A stretch of 24,946 nt of DNA from a virus. Its lineage: Duplodnaviria; Caudoviricetes. The DNA lies in IMG/VR virus record IMGVR_UViG_3300005326_000343, positions 1 through 24,946 of that record. One strand, given 5' to 3'. Below are positions 16,816 to 24,912 of the stretch, piece after piece. Below the pieces are notes generated by a model. It did no database searches and had not been told where the DNA came from. It saw only the letters and a list, made by a program, of their open reading frames with translations. A program made the position numbers and the translations under genes. Position 1 is the first letter of the stretch, and every line of letters begins with the position of its first letter.

Positions 16816-17628
16816 TCACGTTCCTTCTAATCTTACATTTTCCATCCAACACCTGTCAGGGAATGGAACATCATGAGGTTCAGGCCATTCGCTGATTAAG
16901 AATGTTTCGCCGTCCTTTTCCCCACAATAGTCACAGACGTTATTATCTCCCACAGTCGCCCAGTCAGCTTCTAATGGGCCCAATATCATTTCGCCTTCAA
17001 GTAATGATGATAAATAACCCTGTTTTTCACTTTCAATATAACCAAACATCCCGGTAACATCTAACCGGTTCTGACCAATATTGAAGGCACTGTTAATAAA
17101 ATCAAAGTTACTTTCAGCCTTATAAATACCTTTGATTTCATTGATGTTTAATCCTTGAATGATGCGGCCACGTATGTAATTAGAAATGTCTGTTATGTTG
17201 TTTACTTGTTGCTCTTGTATTATTAATGACCGAGCCTTATCCCCGAACACTGTTTGAACAGTTTTATCTATACCTCTGAGGGTTTTATTGGCATCTTTAA
17301 CTCCTTTCTCAAAAACAGTGGGGATGGTTTTTTCAGCTTGTTTTGCAGCTTCGCCCCTGAAACTTGCTAACTCTTTATCCATCTTAGTTAATTTAACATC
17401 CATCGAGTCCTTACTTTGGGCTATTACTGCAATCGTAGGAAATATCGCTGCCAATGCTAATAATAACGCTGCCCGGTAATCCTTTTCACCTTTAGGTATT
17501 GTCTTAACATCTTCACCTATGTCTTTATCAACTTTGAAAGTGGGTTCATCGGTAAGGGCCTTGGAGAGTAAACCGGCTTCTTTGGCCATTTTCTTCAAAT
17601 GGTTTTCAGATATTACAAATTCAGCCAT
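16816..17628 (-). CDS. MuF / SPP1 gp7-like minor head protein
   Basis: WATVGDNNVCDYCGEKDGETF...PHDVPFPDRC C-terminal motif; directly after portal. Confidence 0.85.
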   Translation of the reverse strand: MAEFVISENHLKKMAKEAGLLSKALTDEPTFKVDKDIGEDVKTIPKGEKDYRAALLLALAAIFPTIAVIAQSKDSMDVKLTKMDKELASFRGEAAKQAEKTIPTVFEKGVKDANKTLRGIDKTVQTVFGDKARSLIIQEQQVNNITDISNYIRGRIIQGLNINEIKGIYKAESNFDFINSAFNIGQNRLDVTGMFGYIESEKQGYLSSLLEGEMILGPLEADWATVGDNNVCDYCGEKDGETFLISEWPEPHDVPFPDRCWMENVRLEGT

Positions 17629-17632
17629 GGTA

Positions 17633-19078
17633 TCAGGACACCTGCTTAATCATTCCTTGATGTAGCATGGTCTTTTTAAGCATTTCCCAGTCCTTATCAA
17701 TGGTCTTGGTTTGGGTTGGTGTTTGTGATGGTTGGAACTGGGTAAGGTTAGATTGGTATGTCTGGTTCTGAGGTAGGACGTTACGGTCCTTCCATTCATC
17801 CCCTCCCATGTTCATCTCACTTGGAAGGTCTATCTGTTCCCTTATCTCAGGTGAACTTATAGCTCCTGTTGGCCAGATGGCACCTAATATTTGGGCTACT
17901 TTCAAGAGGTCTTTCGGTAAGAATGGATTATATTGTACTTCCATCCTTCCTTCTGTGATACCTTCAATCTCTAAAACCTTTGCAGCTTTCTCTTCAATTA
18001 TCGGCGTGTAAACTTCTTTCCGTGCTCCATTGCCTATTTGTTGCAGGAATACATCGGTAACGGTGTTTAAAGTCTCCCTATTCGGGATGTCGTGTAATGA
18101 TAATAATGGTAGTGGTACTTTGAAGTTCCGGGCTATGGATTCAATCGTGGCCTTTTCTAGTTCGGCAATCTTAACTTCTTTACCTGCAAATGAGATAGGG
18201 ATTACTTTCTGCCAGTCGAATATTGAAACAATATTACCTTTTCCTTTCTGAGCTCTGTAAAATTCAGCCGTGTCATCTAAAAGGTTTTGGGCTTCTGTTG
18301 CCGACTTCTTAATCTTTTCACCGTATTCTGTGGCTGCTATGGCCTCCGCACTGTTCTCTATAACAAGGAGCATGGTACTATATAATGCTGCCATTTCATC
18401 CCTGTATCCGGGGAATTGTGCTATGGTTCGGAGGTCTTTTAATGCAGGTTGTAAGTCACTATTCCCCACCGGACTATTGTCACTGAACTCATTATTAGTT
18501 ACAAATGTCACCCGTTCCTGTTCTAGTTCCACAGCCTTAAAGGAACCGGTTAAGCTATTGGAAAGTTGTTTATATTTTGCGGTTCCGGTGGTATCTGCCA
18601 TGACCTTTTCAACACTCTCAGGGTCTAAGGTGATTGGGTTTATAATATCAATGCCTTTGATTTTCTCCTGTTTATTGTAATAGTAAGAACCATCAAGGCT
18701 GTAAGAATCAACCATTGCAGCCCGCCCTAATACTCTGTAGAAGGCTGAAAGCTGTTTCATGGTCTTTTCAAACTTTATCTTCTTGAAAGTTTCATCCACG
18801 ACCTTTTTGGCAGCGGCCCCGTCCTCATCACTTTCAAAACCAACAGGCTTAACATTCCAACCCACACCTATCTCCACATGTCTCTTGATATCTACGAATG
18901 GCCCGGCGGCCCCTCGGAGGTAGTGGAGGAGTAATTCATAATCTGAGGCGATTGGGAAGGCTTTCATTAATTTGTAACTGGTAAGTCCAAAGTAGGGGTC
19001 AACTCCCTGAGCATACTTTAAGACCTTATCCACGGGGTCAGAACTCATGAATGGTAATTTCATCTGGTTGTTTGGCAT
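17633..19078 (-). CDS. Portal protein
   Basis: 481 aa after TerL; YRVLGRA, GNSDLQPAL, IARNFKVPLPLL, GAISSPEIREQIDLP portal motifs. Confidence 0.88.
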   Translation of the reverse strand: MPNNQMKLPFMSSDPVDKVLKYAQGVDPYFGLTSYKLMKAFPIASDYELLLHYLRGAAGPFVDIKRHVEIGVGWNVKPVGFESDEDGAAAKKVVDETFKKIKFEKTMKQLSAFYRVLGRAAMVDSYSLDGSYYYNKQEKIKGIDIINPITLDPESVEKVMADTTGTAKYKQLSNSLTGSFKAVELEQERVTFVTNNEFSDNSPVGNSDLQPALKDLRTIAQFPGYRDEMAALYSTMLLVIENSAEAIAATEYGEKIKKSATEAQNLLDDTAEFYRAQKGKGNIVSIFDWQKVIPISFAGKEVKIAELEKATIESIARNFKVPLPLLSLHDIPNRETLNTVTDVFLQQIGNGARKEVYTPIIEEKAAKVLEIEGITEGRMEVQYNPFLPKDLLKVAQILGAIWPTGAISSPEIREQIDLPSEMNMGGDEWKDRNVLPQNQTYQSNLTQFQPSQTPTQTKTIDKDWEMLKKTMLHQGMIKQVS

Positions 19079-19110
19079 TTAATCAGTTACTCCTTAATTA
19101 TTTAAAAGAA

Positions 19111-20661
19111 TTAATTTAAAGCCCTTGAGCTTCCAAGGCCGGGCATGAATGGTATCTTCTCAGGCGTGTCTTCTGGTATTTCAAGTTCACTGAATGATCC
19201 ACTAAATGAATCCACGAAATCTTTGTGCATGTGCCCCGGGAATTTACTACATACATTAATAAATCTTTTAACAGCTTCTTCATTGGACCCATGTTCGGCT
19301 AACATGTGAACTCCTGGAGCTTTACTGTAAATATAAATTTTATTAACTTTCGCCCAATTTGCCGGGGCTTCTGCCCGGTCTTCCTTACTTCCTGATTCAA
19401 TGATTCCATCAAAATTATAGCCTGGCATTTGGATACTATACTGTTTAACTTGACCTTTACCAGCCTGACCCGGGTCTTGAGGTATGCAATATTTGACCTT
19501 CTTCCCTCCAAGTTTGGCACTATTAAGAATGTTAGTCATTACAATGTCATCTTCTTCCCAGAACTCATCCATATAAGTTATAAGTAAACGTCTGTCTTGG
19601 GTTAATGCTAATCTTAAAAGGGCTGTTGATGCACCTCTTAAACTTATGGGGGTGTTTTCAGGATACTTAGTGCCTGCCAGGTCGGCCCATTGTATCTCTT
19701 GGATAATATTATTTGGTAAAACATCAATAATCTCAAAATAATCTTCTTTAAAGAATTTTCCTTCTCTTGGTTTCGGGTCCTGTTGATGGATAGCATTGAA
19801 CTTATATTCTCCAATGTCTTTCTGGATCTGTTGAAGTTCTTTTTCATTCCTCTTCTCAGGCCATAAAGCCTCTCCAGGTTTCCTTCCAAGGATGTCGTTT
19901 TCTTCTGCCAGTTCTGCGAGTCTTAGATATACCCATATATGGCCTAATTTCTCTCCGTTCCTTAATCTTGGTAAAGCTTCTTCAGCCGTGATCCATTCAC
20001 GGTTTTGAAGTATGATTCCAGTTAAATCATTCTGATCTAACCGTTGATGAATAACAATAGTAACCGCATTCTGTCCTGTATATGGGTCTTTCTCTTTACG
20101 TGTGCTAATGGTGGTATCGAATAAGTCTATAAGTTTCTCTTGATGTCTCTCAGAACGTGCTTCTTCAATGTTCTTGGTAGGGTCGTCTATGATTATGAAA
20201 TGACCACCATGGCCTAAAACACTTCCAGAACTCCCAGAACAGAAGAACTCTCCAGTATTATTCCTTATTTTAAAATAGTTCTTTGCTTTGGTGTCCGGGC
20301 TTAATTGTGGTCTGTTTTGGAATAGGTATCCAAATTCTTCCAGGTTGTCTTTTGCTTTACTTCCAAACCCTCTGGCCAGACTATCGCTGTAACTAACTAG
20401 TATTATCTTTGCATAAGGTCGGGTTCCAAGGACATAAGACGGGAATATTTCACTAATCTCCATGGACTTACCAAGCCGTGGAGCTAAAGCAATATCTAAG
20501 TTTTCAATCTGACCGTTTAGGCAGTAATGTAACAATTCAATAATAAGATTAATATGAGGTACAGGTTCCCAGAGTCCATGGCTGGCTATCTTAGAATAAT
20601 CCCATAGGTCCATGGGAGCTTCTAAGTTACTCCTTTTAATGCTGACTGGCATAATATTCAT
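19111..20661 (-). CDS. terL: Terminase large subunit
   Basis: Walker A APRLGKS, Walker B FIIIDDP, ALWPEK, nuclease acidic residues WADLAG and HKDFVDS. Confidence 0.95.
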   Translation of the reverse strand: MNIMPVSIKRSNLEAPMDLWDYSKIASHGLWEPVPHINLIIELLHYCLNGQIENLDIALAPRLGKSMEISEIFPSYVLGTRPYAKIILVSYSDSLARGFGSKAKDNLEEFGYLFQNRPQLSPDTKAKNYFKIRNNTGEFFCSGSSGSVLGHGGHFIIIDDPTKNIEEARSERHQEKLIDLFDTTISTRKEKDPYTGQNAVTIVIHQRLDQNDLTGIILQNREWITAEEALPRLRNGEKLGHIWVYLRLAELAEENDILGRKPGEALWPEKRNEKELQQIQKDIGEYKFNAIHQQDPKPREGKFFKEDYFEIIDVLPNNIIQEIQWADLAGTKYPENTPISLRGASTALLRLALTQDRRLLITYMDEFWEEDDIVMTNILNSAKLGGKKVKYCIPQDPGQAGKGQVKQYSIQMPGYNFDGIIESGSKEDRAEAPANWAKVNKIYIYSKAPGVHMLAEHGSNEEAVKRFINVCSKFPGHMHKDFVDSFSGSFSELEIPEDTPEKIPFMPGLGSSRALN

Positions 20662-21184
20662 CCATGGCTTTACGTTTTGCAGCTAAATATTTAGGGTCCT
20701 GAAGTAATGCAGGGTCTTCATTAAAATTAAAATTCAAGTTAATAGGTTCTGGATCGTCCTTGGTGATGTCATGCTTTACTTTTGCAGCCCGGATCACCAG
20801 GGTCTTACCCTGGATTTTCACCTTCTCAATGTCAAGGTCAGTGACTCCAGTGTCCTCATCCGGATAAACTTTATCAATTTCAAGTTTTATTTTTCGGCCC
20901 TCATCAATGATTTCATCCAAGGCATCCAGGTCACTTACTACTTTATCAACAGCCTCATCTTTCAACTCTTTAGTCTTCTTATTCTGATATTTTTTAACAG
21001 CTTCTTTGTTGACATTGAGGTGCTTTTTCCTGTAGTTGTTAATGGCAGTGTGACTAATTGATTCTGGATTTTTCTTTTTACCTTCTAGCCAAATAGACAC
21101 CGCTCTAGGGGTGTCTCCCCTAAGTAACCTTTTATCTATTTCTTTACGGTTAGGGGACCGTTCGACGGCTGATCGTGGGGGCAT
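20636..21184 (-). CDS. terS: Terminase small subunit
   Basis: HTH-like RKEIDKRLLRGDTPRAVSIWL...ISHTAINNYRKKH; overlaps terL start; ATG 21184 after GTGAT. Confidence 0.75.
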   Translation of the reverse strand: MPPRSAVERSPNRKEIDKRLLRGDTPRAVSIWLEGKKKNPESISHTAINNYRKKHLNVNKEAVKKYQNKKTKELKDEAVDKVVSDLDALDEIIDEGRKIKLEIDKVYPDEDTGVTDLDIEKVKIQGKTLVIRAAKVKHDITKDDPEPINLNFNFNEDPALLQDPKYLAAKRKAMDEYYASQH

Positions 21185-21197
21185 AAAAATCACTGAT

Positions 21198-21263
21198 TGT
21201 AAAGGTTTACAGTTTGTAAAGTGTAAAGGATGTGTAAAGGTTTACACTGTAAAGGGTTGTAAA
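21198..21263. repeat. Cluster of TGTAAA boxes (6 direct, 2 inverted)
   Basis: TGTAAA at 21198, 21215, 21222, 21233, 21248, 21258; TTTACA at 21206 and 21241. Confidence 0.9.
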
Positions 21264-21273
21264 TGTTAATAAT

Positions 21274-21423
21274 TTATATTCTATTTTCATGATGAGTCCT
21301 TTCTAAATATTCCCTCATCACTTGTTGGTCGTCCGGTGTGACTTCATGGAATACTTGGAATGATTTCTCTTTAGAATAGGGGTTGTACACGGTTTTATTA
21401 GTGATTGGTTTGGAGTTTTTCAT
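21274..21423 (-). CDS. Small hypothetical protein (49 aa)
   Basis: Not in ORF track. GGAGA RBS; MKNSKPITNKTVYNPYSKEKSFQVFHEVTPDDQQVMREYLERTHHENRI. Confidence 0.55.
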   Translation of the reverse strand: MKNSKPITNKTVYNPYSKEKSFQVFHEVTPDDQQVMREYLERTHHENRI

Positions 21424-21481
21424 CTATATCTCCACACTTTGGACAATACCATTCCTTCTTTATTGTACAAAAAAATAGGGT

Positions 21482-21534
21482 GTGACCGCAACAAATGCAT
21501 CTGCGTCCCTTCTTACGGCCTTTCATAGGATCAC
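21482..21534 (-). ncRNA. Candidate small multi-stem RNA element in a 3' UTR
   Basis: GUGAU/GUCAC closing stem around CCU/AGG, CC/GG and CGCAG/UUGCG hairpins; followed by a T run. Confidence 0.3.
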
Positions 21535-21535
21535 T

Positions 21536-21940
21536 TTAAAGTATTGAGTTGTTTCTGAATACCTGGTGGGCTATCTGTAAAGGTGTGAGTGGTGCTGGTT
21601 GAACTGTTTCTGTTTTGGAAACTGTTGGTTCTGGTTCGTAGTATCTTTCAAGTTGTCCACGTGCTCCTTTACCTGACTTATCATATCCATTGGTTCCATC
21701 AAAGTCCCCATCACATTCAAGACAGGTCCATTCTCCAGGACGTGCATCTTTCGGGTTCCATGATAAACAGTCATGAGCTCCACAAAGAGGGCACCAATCA
21801 ATCCAGGTGTGTGTTCCTGATTCTCCGTAGTAGTATCCTGAGGGTTGTGCGTAATGTGTTACCGTATCTACTGCGTTAACTGTTCCCATTCCTATTGTTA
21901 TGAGTAGAATGAGATAGAATAAAACGTATTTTGGCTTAAT
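21536..21940 (-). CDS. Secreted Cys-rich (CxxC...CxxC) protein, probable ATT start
   Basis: RBS GGAGCTGA, in-frame TAA, then ATT opening signal peptide (M)KPKYVLFYLILLITIGMGTVNA; WCPLCG...NPK...GEWTCLECDGD core. Confidence 0.75.
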   Translation of the reverse strand: MKPKYVLFYLILLITIGMGTVNAVDTVTHYAQPSGYYYGESGTHTWIDWCPLCGAHDCLSWNPKDARPGEWTCLECDGDFDGTNGYDKSGKGARGQLERYYEPEPTVSKTETVQPAPLTPLQIAHQVFRNNSIL

Positions 21941-22021
21941 TTAATCAGCTCCTATTGGTTTATGGTTTTTTCACATAGTGCATTGCAGTTTGTGAATAGC
22001 CACTGAGCCACTGGAGTTTAT

Positions 22022-22041
22022 CGACCTTTAATTATAGGTCG
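22022..22041. promoter_or_regulatory. 20-bp near-perfect palindrome
   Basis: CGACCTTTAATTATAGGTCG, 9 of 10 pairs match. Confidence 0.45.
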
Positions 22042-22080
22042 GTTAATTTCATTTTAATCACCTGAATTGTTTCATAATAA

Positions 22081-22185
22081 TGGAGTAAGCGGTGGGCTGA
22101 GGGTATTTGCATGCTCCCTTTTAGTTACTAAAAGCTACTTACCGGTTTTCACCCTGTTCACTTATCCCCTAATGGGGCCCAGCCC
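22081..22185 (-). ncRNA. Candidate structured non-coding RNA (tRNA-like closing stem)
   Basis: GGGCUGG/UCAGCCC 7-bp stem enclosing CCCC-AUUA-GGGG, GGU-GAAA-ACC and CUUUUAG-UAA-CUAAAAG hairpins; GC-rich island in AT-rich intergenic DNA. Confidence 0.5.
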
Positions 22186-22192
22186 TTAAGAA

Positions 22193-22321
22193 TTAATCAT
22201 TAATATAAAGTGGGTCTTCTTCAAAATGTTTACATGAGGATCCACTACAATTAGAATGTCCCTTTTTATTACACCAATCAAACCCGCCTACAATGGAGCC
22301 TTTTTTACAATCTAAAGACAT
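22193..22321 (-). CDS. Small Cys-rich protein (42 aa)
   Basis: Not in ORF track. MSLDCKKGSIVGGFDWCNKKGHSNCSGSSCKHFEEDPLYIND; four Cys. Confidence 0.55.
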   Translation of the reverse strand: MSLDCKKGSIVGGFDWCNKKGHSNCSGSSCKHFEEDPLYIND

Positions 22322-22336
22322 CAGAACCCACTCTTT

Positions 22337-22477
22337 TTATTTATCCTGATTCCTGTCATAGCTTCTAGAGACTGTCTTTACTTCCATGTTAAATGAACAG
22401 ACGGGGCACATGTTAAAAATTAATTTTGGAGAATAGATCCTTACACCACACTTACAGCTGTAGAGATATTGATCCAT
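22337..22477 (-). CDS. Small Zn-ribbon protein (46 aa)
   Basis: Not in ORF track. MDQYLYSCKCGVRIYSPKLIFNMCPVCSFNMEVK...; CxC...CxxC. Confidence 0.65.
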   Translation of the reverse strand: MDQYLYSCKCGVRIYSPKLIFNMCPVCSFNMEVKTVSRSYDRNQDK

Positions 22478-22672
22478 TTATGGCATCCCTTGACTTTCAT
22501 GGCTTCTTTTTAAAACAAATGCGTGGAAAGTTTCTTCTTTTTAGCTTTAAGGTAGCGTCCTGTCTTTACTTATATAATTTATAAAAAAGTATTACAAAAG
22601 GAGAATGGAAACGGCTTAACTCCATAAAATCCCGGGTTAATTGTTTCCTCAAAAATAGTAAAAGTATTACTT

Positions 22673-23131
22673 CTATAAAATTATTGAAATTATAATAGCA
22701 ATTATGGAGACAATTATAAGGAGAGAGGCTTGAGTAACTGATATTTTCCTATCCAGTATTCGATTGGACTTCATATCTTCCTTAGATTCTTCCCTCTCAT
22801 CATCCTCAGTCTTATCTTCCATACGACTTATACGGCTGTTGAAATCAATTAACCGTTGCTCTTCCTTATTAACATCTCTTCCAAGGTTGACAACTCTACG
22901 GGCTAATTGTAGAGATTCAGAGGCCAAATCATCAACTACGCCTTCGGCTTCCCTTATCTTCTTTTCTATTCTGGTTAGTCGTTGGCCGTCTGTATATGAA
23001 TCATCTGACCTGCCATCTGTGATGGCATGTTGAATGTCCCGCCTGTGTTCTGTTCTGTCTATGGCCTTTTCCTTTTTCTGGACCAGTTCCTCATCAGTAT
23101 TGCCGTTTAAGTGTTCTGGTTGAGGGGACAT
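22673..23131 (-). CDS. Coiled-coil protein with C-terminal TM helix
   Basis: Heptad-rich charged region ending LLIIVSIIAIIISIIL. Confidence 0.75.
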   Translation of the reverse strand: MSPQPEHLNGNTDEELVQKKEKAIDRTEHRRDIQHAITDGRSDDSYTDGQRLTRIEKKIREAEGVVDDLASESLQLARRVVNLGRDVNKEEQRLIDFNSRISRMEDKTEDDEREESKEDMKSNRILDRKISVTQASLLIIVSIIAIIISIIL

Positions 23132-23149
23132 GTGATTCAAATCCTTAAT

Positions 23150-23629
23150 TTAAAGATGTACATATCTTAAAAGAGAAGGTACTGCATAACTAGCTAAAAC
23201 TAGGAAAAAGAATGTGATGAGTCCACCTAGGAATAAATCTCTTAACGTTCTCCGGCTTTGTTTTTTATCCCTTTTTTCTTCTTTTTTTTCCTTTTTACCG
23301 TCTTTCATTTCTTGTTTTATGCATTCAATATCGGTGTCTTGATTCCCATTGATGATCCCTATTTTTGCAAGTCCGATCGCAATGTCATCCACTTTACCAT
23401 CAATCGTGTTCAGCATTTCCCATAGTCCTAAGTCTAGTTTTTTAATATCCTTCCCTTGTTGTTTGGTAGTGCTTTCTAGGATAGTTATACGGTGCTCATG
23501 GTCTCGGTGAACATCTTCATGTTTACATGGGTCATGGCCGGAAGTAGTGTTTGTGCCCTCCATTCTTGTTTCCATAGTATCATCTTGCTTGTGGCTTGAA
23601 TCGGTAAGTATTTGGCTATGCTTGTCCAT
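23150..23629 (-). CDS. Coiled-coil protein with C-terminal TM helix (XhlA/holin-accessory-like architecture)
   Basis: HEHRITILE coiled coil, then LFLGGLITFFFLVLASYAV; GGAGTGAT RBS. Confidence 0.75.
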   Translation of the reverse strand: MDKHSQILTDSSHKQDDTMETRMEGTNTTSGHDPCKHEDVHRDHEHRITILESTTKQQGKDIKKLDLGLWEMLNTIDGKVDDIAIGLAKIGIINGNQDTDIECIKQEMKDGKKEKKEEKRDKKQSRRTLRDLFLGGLITFFFLVLASYAVPSLLRYVHL

Positions 23630-23682
23630 AATAGTATCACTCCTCTCAGGCTACATCTGGGAGGGGTCTTTCAATCTTATTC

Positions 23683-23988
23683 TCAGGCAGATACTTCAGT
23701 TGTACCGATAGGGCTTTTAGTCACGAACCGGTCTATTGCAAATGGTATCATGAATGCTGTGAAGAAGACTATCAATGAATCAGTTACTATGTCCCCAGTC
23801 ACTGGAATCAAACCAGTCATTAAAGCTAAGACTGCGCCGCCTATTCCTGTGATAAATGACATGATTACTCCTATCTGGAGCACACCATTAACAAGGAATA
23901 TTCCTATTTTATATCCATCCATCTGCCAGACTTGGAGAAAAGCTCCAGCTATGGCTGCCATTATCAATACATACATTGTTGCTATCAT
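23683..23988 (-). CDS. Small multi-pass membrane protein, holin-like
   Basis: 101 aa with about three hydrophobic segments; GGAGG RBS. Confidence 0.6.
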   Translation of the reverse strand: MIATMYVLIMAAIAGAFLQVWQMDGYKIGIFLVNGVLQIGVIMSFITGIGGAVLALMTGLIPVTGDIVTDSLIVFFTAFMIPFAIDRFVTKSPIGTTEVSA

Positions 23989-24121
23989 GTTCTCAATTCC
24001 TCCAATTATGTTTTTCAGTAATGTCCAAGATTGTAAACAAGTACAATGAAGTAAGAAACGATTATAAAAATGATTAATGCCCTTATGGAATAGGCTATTT
24101 TAGATAAGAGTGTCATTATAA

Positions 24122-24912
24122 TCACTTTGCAGGAGTTATTAAAGTCTGTTGCCCTTTAAATGCTTGTAAGCTGGTTTGTTTCCGTTGTTCAAGCTTTAAC
24201 TCGTGGGCCGTTGCCATTCTATCCTTGATTATCTGGCAGTATTCCGGTTCCTGTTCCATTAAAATACTGTTCCGGTTAAGGTTTTCACAAGCAACGCCGG
24301 TAGTACCACTACCAGCACAATTATCAAGTACAAGTTCATTCTCATTAGTATAGGTTTTAATAAGGTATTCAAAGAGTGCTACTGGTTTTTGAGTAGGATG
24401 TAAACCAGTATCTCTCTTAAATTTAATGATTGAATTAGGATAACGAGTTCCCTCATTAATTTTTATATAATCTCCACGATGTGAACCGTATAAAACACAC
24501 CGATCATTATCAGAATATCCCTTTTTAAATGGTTTTCCTTCACCCATTTTAGGATTATAAACAGGAAGTTCATTATAAAATATTAAAATGTTTTCATGAA
24601 TCTTCAAAGGCATTCTATTAGCATTTAAAAAACCAGTTGAAATTGTTTTTTCCCAAATCCACTCATATCTAAACATGTCATAGTTAGAACTGATTAATTT
24701 AGTAGTAAATGGTTGAGAAGCCGTAAGTACGATTGCCCCCCCCTCTTTATAATTCTTTTATATTCATCCCAAAGAGGTTCTAAGGGGAGTATTGAATCCC
24801 ATTTACAAGCAGTAGTACCATAAGGAAGATCACAAAGTATCATGTCAATGGATTTGTCTTCAATGAGTGGGAGGTAATCAAAACAATCACCTTCGTAGAG
24901 TTTCCATGACAT
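24122..24912 (-). CDS. Beta-class N6A/N4C DNA methyltransferase interrupted by a frameshift in a G8 tract
   Basis: DLPYG (motif IV) in ORF 24694-24912; HPTQKP...DNCAGSGTT (motif I) in ORF 24122-24676; one extra G at 24736-24743 fuses them through RGGAIVLTASQPFTTKLISSNYDMFRYEW into 263 aa. Confidence 0.9.

Noticed and set aside
21198-21263. Mini-CRISPR array
   Set aside because: Repeat units are 6-14 bp with irregular short spacing, not repeat-spacer architecture
22081-22185. Call as a bona fide tRNA gene
   Set aside because: No proper T-stem, D-loop or anticodon arm; kept only as a structured-RNA candidate
22570-22670. TTATATAA box, imperfect GGAAAC/GTTTCC hairpin and duplicated AAAAGTATTAC as an antisense RNA gene
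   Set aside because: Adequately explained as the terminator/promoter region between minus-strand genes; low-complexity AT-rich context
23612-24049. 145-aa plus-strand ORF
   Set aside because: Antisense shadow of the holin-like gene, which has the GGAGG RBS and operon context
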